From an uncultured Elusimicrobia bacterium (GTDB taxonomy: Bacteria > Elusimicrobiota > Elusimicrobia > UBA1565 > UBA9628), in the NCBI GenBank assembly GCA_964358065.1, contig CAYHNV010000004.1, positions 1 through 41,554 on the forward strand: DNA of 41,554 bases. Direction: 5' to 3'. Numbering within the stretch: the first letter of the stretch is position 1; every line of letters begins with the position of its first letter. The notes below the pieces were generated by a model, which saw only the letters and a program-made list of their open reading frames with translations, was not told where the DNA came from and did no database searches. The translations under genes were made by a program, and so were the position numbers. Positions 36,509-41,554 of this stretch are shown here, piece by piece.

Positions 36509-37436
36509 ACGGCCCACTAAGACCCTTGCCTTCACCTGCGGCGATCCCGCGGGAGTGGGCCCGCGCGCGGTCCTCGCGGCCCTGCGCGCCGGCGCGCTTC
36601 CAGCGCGGGTGGTCCCCGTTCTGGTCGGAGAATTCTCCGTCTGGAAACGCGCCGGCTGGCGCGCCGCAGACGGAGCGATCTGCGACACGCGCCTGGGACT
36701 CACGCCTCCGCGGCCGGGCGCTCCCAGCGCCGACGGCGGGCGTCTTTCCGCGGCTTCCTTCGAGGAGGCCCTTCGCCTCGCCGCTCGAGGCCTTGCGTCG
36801 GGCATCGTCACCGCCCCCATCTCCAAGCAGTCCTGGGCCATGTCGGGCTATGCCTGGCGCGACCACACCGAGAGGCTGGCGGCCTGCGGCGCGAATGGCG
36901 CCGAGATGGCGCTCGGCATTGCTTCCCGCGGTTTTTGGTGCGTGTTGGCCACGCGCCATGTCTCCTTGAAGGAAGCGGTGCGCACAGTCGGCGTGCGCGA
37001 GGTGTCTTCCGCCGCGAAGGCGCTGGACCGGGCCCTGCGACGGCTTGGGCGCTCTCGGCCGCGCCTGGCCCTCTGCGCGCTCAATCCGCACGGAGGCGAG
37101 GCGGGGCTCATCGCGGGCGAGGAGTCCCGCCTGTCGCCGGCTGTCGCCGCCTTGCGCCGCGAGGGAATCCTCTTGGACGGCCCGCTCCCCGCGGATTCCG
37201 CCTGGCGTCTGCATGTGGAGGGGACCTACGACGGGCTGGTCTGCCTGTACCACGACCAGGCCCTCATTGCGCTGAAGGTCCTGGGCGGGCTGTCGGGCGT
37301 TAATTGGACGCTGGGACTGCCGTTCGTGCGGGTCTCGCCCGCCCACGGTACCGCCTGGGATGCGGCACGTTCAGGGGCGGTGGACGCCTCCGGGATGATC
37401 GAGGCCGCGCGCTTGGCGGCGCGGCTGGTCGGCTGA
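36492..37436 (+). CDS. pdxA: 4-hydroxythreonine-4-phosphate dehydrogenase PdxA (start uncertain, CTG 36492 proposed)
   Basis: In-frame LAFTCGDPAGVGP lies partly upstream of the first GTG (36555). IVTAPISK, DHTE, ATRH, LNPHGGE, PADS, YHDQ, NWTLGLPFVRVSPAHGTA. Confidence 0.85.
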   Translation: MSAISRRPTKTLAFTCGDPAGVGPRAVLAALRAGALPARVVPVLVGEFSVWKRAGWRAADGAICDTRLGLTPPRPGAPSADGGRLSAASFEEALRLAARGLASGIVTAPISKQSWAMSGYAWRDHTERLAACGANGAEMALGIASRGFWCVLATRHVSLKEAVRTVGVREVSSAAKALDRALRRLGRSRPRLALCALNPHGGEAGLIAGEESRLSPAVAALRREGILLDGPLPADSAWRLHVEGTYDGLVCLYHDQALIALKVLGGLSGVNWTLGLPFVRVSPAHGTAWDAARSGAVDASGMIEAARLAARLVG

Positions 37437-37444
37437 GCGCCCTC

Positions 37445-39061
37445 ATGAGGTGGAACGCTGTTTTCTGCGCTGCCGTCCTCGTGATCGGCGCGGGCGCGTC
37501 GTCGGCGGGTGATCAAGTCGTCCAGGGGTCCGCGGCCGAGCGTTCCGCCCTCTTCACGAAGGAAGCGGCCAACGCCCTGCGCGTGCGCGACTATGCCGCG
37601 GCCTACACGCAGTCCTCGCGCGCCATCGGGCTCAACGCCCAGAACGCCCAGGCGCTCAACTACCGGGCCATGGCCCTGACTCAGATGAACCGCCATCAGG
37701 AGGCCGTGAGGGATGCCGGCGCCGCGCTTGCGCTGGCTCCCGGCAACGCGACCATCCTGCAGACGCGCTCTCGCGCCTTCTCTCATGAGGGGAAATATCA
37801 AGAGGGCCTCAAGGATGCCGACGAGACCCTCCTGCGCGACGCCGCCAACGCCTTCGCCTATGAGAGCAAAGCCTTTGCCTTGGCCGGCCTCCACGACAAC
37901 GCCGGCGCCATCGAGGCCCTGCGCGCCGCCGCCAGGAGCGACCCGCGCTTTGCGCCGCGCCGGGAGCGTGCTCTGCGGTTGCCTCGGGAGGGCGACCTGA
38001 TCCTTCTTTTCGACGACCATGCTTCCGCCGCGTCGGCCGCAGCGCCTGTTCCCAGCCCGGGTTCGCGCCTGCGGCGCTTCCTGCGCCTGGCGGCGCTGAG
38101 CGCGGTCGGCGGACTCATCATCGCCCTGGCCGTCCTGCACGTCGTCTCGGCCTCCTGGCGCGAGAAGGCGAGCATGACGCTGCGCCGCGTGTTGGGGTCT
38201 TCCGCCTCCGGCGGTCCCGAGGCGGGCGCGCCGGCTTCCGCGATGGGGGCGTTCTGGACCCAGTACGAACTGGTCAAGGAGATCGGCCTGGGCGGCATGG
38301 GCGTGGTCTATGAGGCCCTAGATCGTTCGCTTGATCGCCGCGTGGCGGTCAAGAAGATGCGCGACGAGATCCGCCTCGACCCGCAGGACCGCCGGCGCTT
38401 CGTGCGCGAGGCGAAGATGGTGGCCCAGCTCCATCACCCGAACATCGTGGATATCTACGGCATCGTCGAGGACGGCCCCGAGATCTACCTGGTTTTCGAG
38501 TTCGTGGAAGGCAGGACCCTCCAGGACGCCTTGAAATCCTCGGGCCCCATGGACCTGGGACAGGCCAAGCGCGTGCTCAAGGAGATGGCCGCCGCCGTCG
38601 AGCACGCCCACGAGAAGGGCGTCATCCACCGAGACCTCAAGCCTTCGAACGTGATGCTCACGCCCGACGGGCGCGTCAAGGTCATGGATTTCGGCGTGGC
38701 GCGGCAGGCCAAGGACAGCCTCGTCAAACTTTCGATGACCAACACGGTGGTCGGTACCCCGCCCTACATGGCGCCCGAGCAGGAGCAGGGCACGGTGCGC
38801 AAGGAGTCCGACGTCTATGCCTTGGGCGTCTGCCTCTACGAGATGCTGACCGGCGCGCTCCCCTTCACCGGCAGCGGCGCTGCGATGCTCCTTAATAAGC
38901 TAAACAGCAAGCATGTCCCTGCCTCCCAAAGGGTCCCGGCGCTTTCCGCCGAGATGGACAAGGTCATGGTCCGGGTCCTGGCCCCCGACCCGGATAAGCG
39001 TTATAAGACGCCGGCCGAGCTGGTCGCGGCCCTGGACGCCGTGTCCTGTTTCCCCGGCTAA
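37445..39061 (+). CDS. Signal peptide-TPR-TM-Hanks Ser/Thr protein kinase
   Basis: ATG 37445 MRWNAVFCAAVLVIGAG, about 4 TPRs, TM LAALSAVGGLIIALAVLHVV. Kinase motifs IGLGGMGVVY, VAVKK, HRDLKPSN, DFG, GTPPYMAPE, SDVY. Confidence 0.92.
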   Translation: MRWNAVFCAAVLVIGAGASSAGDQVVQGSAAERSALFTKEAANALRVRDYAAAYTQSSRAIGLNAQNAQALNYRAMALTQMNRHQEAVRDAGAALALAPGNATILQTRSRAFSHEGKYQEGLKDADETLLRDAANAFAYESKAFALAGLHDNAGAIEALRAAARSDPRFAPRRERALRLPREGDLILLFDDHASAASAAAPVPSPGSRLRRFLRLAALSAVGGLIIALAVLHVVSASWREKASMTLRRVLGSSASGGPEAGAPASAMGAFWTQYELVKEIGLGGMGVVYEALDRSLDRRVAVKKMRDEIRLDPQDRRRFVREAKMVAQLHHPNIVDIYGIVEDGPEIYLVFEFVEGRTLQDALKSSGPMDLGQAKRVLKEMAAAVEHAHEKGVIHRDLKPSNVMLTPDGRVKVMDFGVARQAKDSLVKLSMTNTVVGTPPYMAPEQEQGTVRKESDVYALGVCLYEMLTGALPFTGSGAAMLLNKLNSKHVPASQRVPALSAEMDKVMVRVLAPDPDKRYKTPAELVAALDAVSCFPG

Positions 39062-39083
39062 AGCTCGGTAAAAACCGAGGCTT
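39061..39083. terminator. Short stem-loop right after the kinase 1 stop
   Basis: AAGCTCGGT-AAAA-ACCGAG(G)CTT, 9 bp with one bulge. No clear U-tract, so the terminator role is uncertain. Confidence 0.3.
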
Positions 39084-39087
39084 CGCC

Positions 39088-39116
39088 TTGACAAAGTCCG
39101 AGGGGGCACCTAAACT
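39088..39116 (+). promoter_or_regulatory. sigma70 promoter, leaderless kinase 2 transcript
   Basis: TTGACA (39088-39093), 17 nt, TAAACT (39111-39116), then 6 nt to ATG 39123. No SD. Confidence 0.7.
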
Positions 39117-39122
39117 TGACGT

Positions 39123-41554
39123 ATGCCACGACCTTCTCTGCGCGTGCCTGTTTTCCTCCTGATTTTGGCCGCTTGCGCCGCGGCCGTTCCCATCCGTGCG
39201 CGGGAGGGTGACCTGCCGAGCGACGCGGTGGTCAAGCCCGACGAGGTGAAAAGATATTCCGACCCGCAGTTCCAGGCTCTTCTCAAGGGCGCCCGTTCGG
39301 ATAAGAGAAAGGCGGCCGCCATCGTTTTGACTCAGAGGTTCTTCGGGGAGAGGGTCGGCAAGCTCGACAAGAATATGGTGTTCGAAGGCAAGCAGGTCAA
39401 CCGCATCGGCCACAAGGTCGGGCGGATACTGAAAGTGATCGCCGAATACGACGACGCGATCAAGTCGGCCACGACCCAGGAGGCCGTGGAGAAGGCGCGG
39501 GACACGATGACTCTTCAGGTGGCCGGCATCAGCGAGGGGATGATGCCCAGGCCGAGCCGGGGTCCCGGCAATTCTCAGGAGTGGAGGCCTGAGCATCCCC
39601 ACCAACCGCCGCTTCTCCTTGAGATCGCGGCTGCGGCCGCGCGCCAGGCGCGGCAGCAGCTGGAGCCGCTCCCGCCCGGCGGGGGCAGCCATCCTCACGT
39701 GCCTCCGTCCGGCCCGGCGCTTGGCGTCCCGTCGGATCCGACCAGTCCGACGGATGCGATGACGGATGCGCGTGAGCGCTACCGCAACGGGGACATCTCG
39801 GGGGCTATCTCCGACGCGTCCCGGGCCATCGGTCTGGGCGGCGGCGCGGAGGCGCTCGTTTTTCGCGGGGGCCTTCTGCTCGACCAGAAGAGATACCCGC
39901 AAGCCAATCAGGACGCTCAGCAGGCGTTGCGGATCGATTCGGAGAACAAGGGCGCGCTGGCGCTGGCGCAATTCTCCGCGGGGCGGGGCGGCGCCGCCGG
40001 CTCCGCGGGATCTTCCGGCGAGCGTTCCTTCATGGGGGGCTCGCCTCGCGAGGCGTTATCCGGTTCCTCTCCGCGTGCCGCCCTCATCGCTCAATCCTCG
40101 CGGCGTTCGACCGAGCAGTTCGCGCGCGAGGGGGAGAACGCCATGCGTCTGGGCGATATGGCCGGGGCGAAGGCCTACGCCGACCGCGGTCTGGCCGCTT
40201 CCCCCGGCGACTCCTACCTGTTGGCCCTGCGCGCGGCCATCCGCCTCCATCAGCGCGAGTACGACAAGGCGTTGGCGGACGCGAGGGCGGGGCTGGAGAA
40301 GGACCCCAAGAACCAGACGCTTCTGCGCGCCAAGGCCTTCGCCGAGAACCGGCTCAAGAGATGGAGGGACGCGCAGGCGAGCGCCAACCGGCTCCTCGAG
40401 CTCGATGCCAAGGACGCTTACGGCTATGCCTATCGCGCGCACGCCTACGGCGGCATGGGCGACCGCGACGCGATGATGTCCGACATCAGGCGCGCGGCCC
40501 AGCTCGATTGGCGCTTCGCGGACGCGGCGCGGCAGGCGGAGGCTCTACAGCTGCCCTCGAACGCCGACCTCCTGTTTCTATTCCCCGGCGAGGCCGGTCC
40601 CACGGCCGCCGCTCCGGCTCCGGGCGGGCGCAACCGCCGTTTCAGCCTGCTGTTGGGGGTGAGCGCCCTGGGCGGGCTTCTCTTGGCCTTCGGCCTTCTG
40701 CGGACCGTGCTGAAGATCATGCGCACGGGCCCCTCGGTCCGGACCGCGCAAGCAGCGGTCGGTTCACCCGTCGCGACTTCCGGGAGCCCGTCCGGGCTCA
40801 TCCGCGGGCAGTACGAGATCTCCCGCCAGATAGGCGCGGGCGGCATGGGCATGGTCTTCGAGGGCACGGACCGCTCTTTGGGTCGCCGCGTGGCCATCAA
40901 GAAGATGCGCGAGGAGATCCGCTGCGACGCCCGCGAGCGCGCCCGCTTCGTGACCGAGGCCAAGACCGTCGCGGCCCTTCATCATGCCAACATCGTGGAC
41001 ATCTACGCCATCGCCGAGGATGGCGAGGATGTCTTCCTCGTCTTCGAGTACGTCGACGGCAAGACCGTGCATGAGTTGGTCCAGGCCGGCGGCGGGCTTG
41101 ATTGCGCCACGGCGAGCCGCATCGTGCGCGAAGCGGCTTCCGCCCTGGAGTACGCGCACTCGCGCGGCATCATCCACCGCGACATGAAGCCCTCCAACGT
41201 GATGGTCGACGGCCAGGGGCGCGTCAAGGTCATGGACTTCGGCATCGCCCGCGCGGCCAAGGACGCGATGACGCGCTACTCGATCACCAACACCGTCGTG
41301 GGCACGCCGCCCTACATGGCCCCCGAGGCCGAGCAGGGCCAGGTGCGCCGCGAATCGGACGTCTACGCCCTGGCCGTCTGCGCCTACGAGATGCTGACCG
41401 GCAAGCTCCCCTTCACGGGCACCGGCGGCGGGATGATGCTCAATAAGATCAACATGAGCTATGTCCCGCCCTCGCGTCAGAAGGAGGGACTGCCGCCCAC
41501 GCTCGACGCGGTCTTCGAGCGCGCCTTCCAGGCCGACCCGGACAAGCGCTATCG
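39123..41554 (+). CDS. Second signal peptide-TPR-TM-Ser/Thr kinase, 3'-truncated (absent from the ORF track because there is no stop in the window)
   Basis: Manual translation from ATG 39123: MPRPSLRVPVFLLILAACAAAV, an unknown helical domain, Pro-rich linker, TPRs, TM SLLLGVSALGGLLLAFGLL, then IGAGGMGMVF, VAIKK, HRDMKPSN, DFG, GTPPYMAPE, all in the same frame. Confidence 0.9.
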   Translation, partial: MPRPSLRVPVFLLILAACAAAVPIRAREGDLPSDAVVKPDEVKRYSDPQFQALLKGARSDKRKAAAIVLTQRFFGERVGKLDKNMVFEGKQVNRIGHKVGRILKVIAEYDDAIKSATTQEAVEKARDTMTLQVAGISEGMMPRPSRGPGNSQEWRPEHPHQPPLLLEIAAAAARQARQQLEPLPPGGGSHPHVPPSGPALGVPSDPTSPTDAMTDARERYRNGDISGAISDASRAIGLGGGAEALVFRGGLLLDQKRYPQANQDAQQALRIDSENKGALALAQFSAGRGGAAGSAGSSGERSFMGGSPREALSGSSPRAALIAQSSRRSTEQFAREGENAMRLGDMAGAKAYADRGLAASPGDSYLLALRAAIRLHQREYDKALADARAGLEKDPKNQTLLRAKAFAENRLKRWRDAQASANRLLELDAKDAYGYAYRAHAYGGMGDRDAMMSDIRRAAQLDWRFADAARQAEALQLPSNADLLFLFPGEAGPTAAAPAPGGRNRRFSLLLGVSALGGLLLAFGLLRTVLKIMRTGPSVRTAQAAVGSPVATSGSPSGLIRGQYEISRQIGAGGMGMVFEGTDRSLGRRVAIKKMREEIRCDARERARFVTEAKTVAALHHANIVDIYAIAEDGEDVFLVFEYVDGKTVHELVQAGGGLDCATASRIVREAASALEYAHSRGIIHRDMKPSNVMVDGQGRVKVMDFGIARAAKDAMTRYSITNTVVGTPPYMAPEAEQGQVRRESDVYALAVCAYEMLTGKLPFTGTGGGMMLNKINMSYVPPSRQKEGLPPTLDAVFERAFQADPDKRY

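Noticed and set aside
39766-41446. Short ORFs listed in the track across the last 2 kb
   Set aside because: They are alternative-frame fragments. The real gene is the stop-less frame from ATG 39123 that encodes the TPR-kinase.

Overview
High-GC bacterial chromosome segment, probably from a diderm organism. Elusimicrobiota-like is my guess from gene order and protein style, not verified. In order: (1) the 3' part of a giant (>2390 aa) protein with tandem beta-propeller cassettes, three MoxR/midasin-type AAA+ modules (the middle one degenerate), a transglutaminase-like Cys-His-Asp domain and a C-terminal VWA/MIDAS domain; (2) a suf operon (sufBCDS, sufU-sufT fusion, rrf2, nfu) continuing into a PHP hydrolase, GDPD, nadA and a degenerate YyaL-like gene; (3) a lower-GC minus-strand cassette encoding a HEAT protein, a processive GT2 and a YaiO-like barrel; (4) htpX, an MFS transporter, fba, an xdhC-mocA fusion, hisS and a ~1070 aa hendecad coiled-coil protein; (5) hemC, mfd, two parvulin/SurA PPIases and pdxA; (6) two paralogous signal peptide-TPR-TM-Ser/Thr kinases, the second running off the window. 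Notable non-coding signals: a 25-bp IscR-type-1-like operator shared by the suf and htpX promoters, several apparently leaderless genes, and an odd surA/pdxA junction. I saw no rRNA, tRNA, CRISPR array, transposase or integrase. All calls come from reading motifs by eye; no database search was run.
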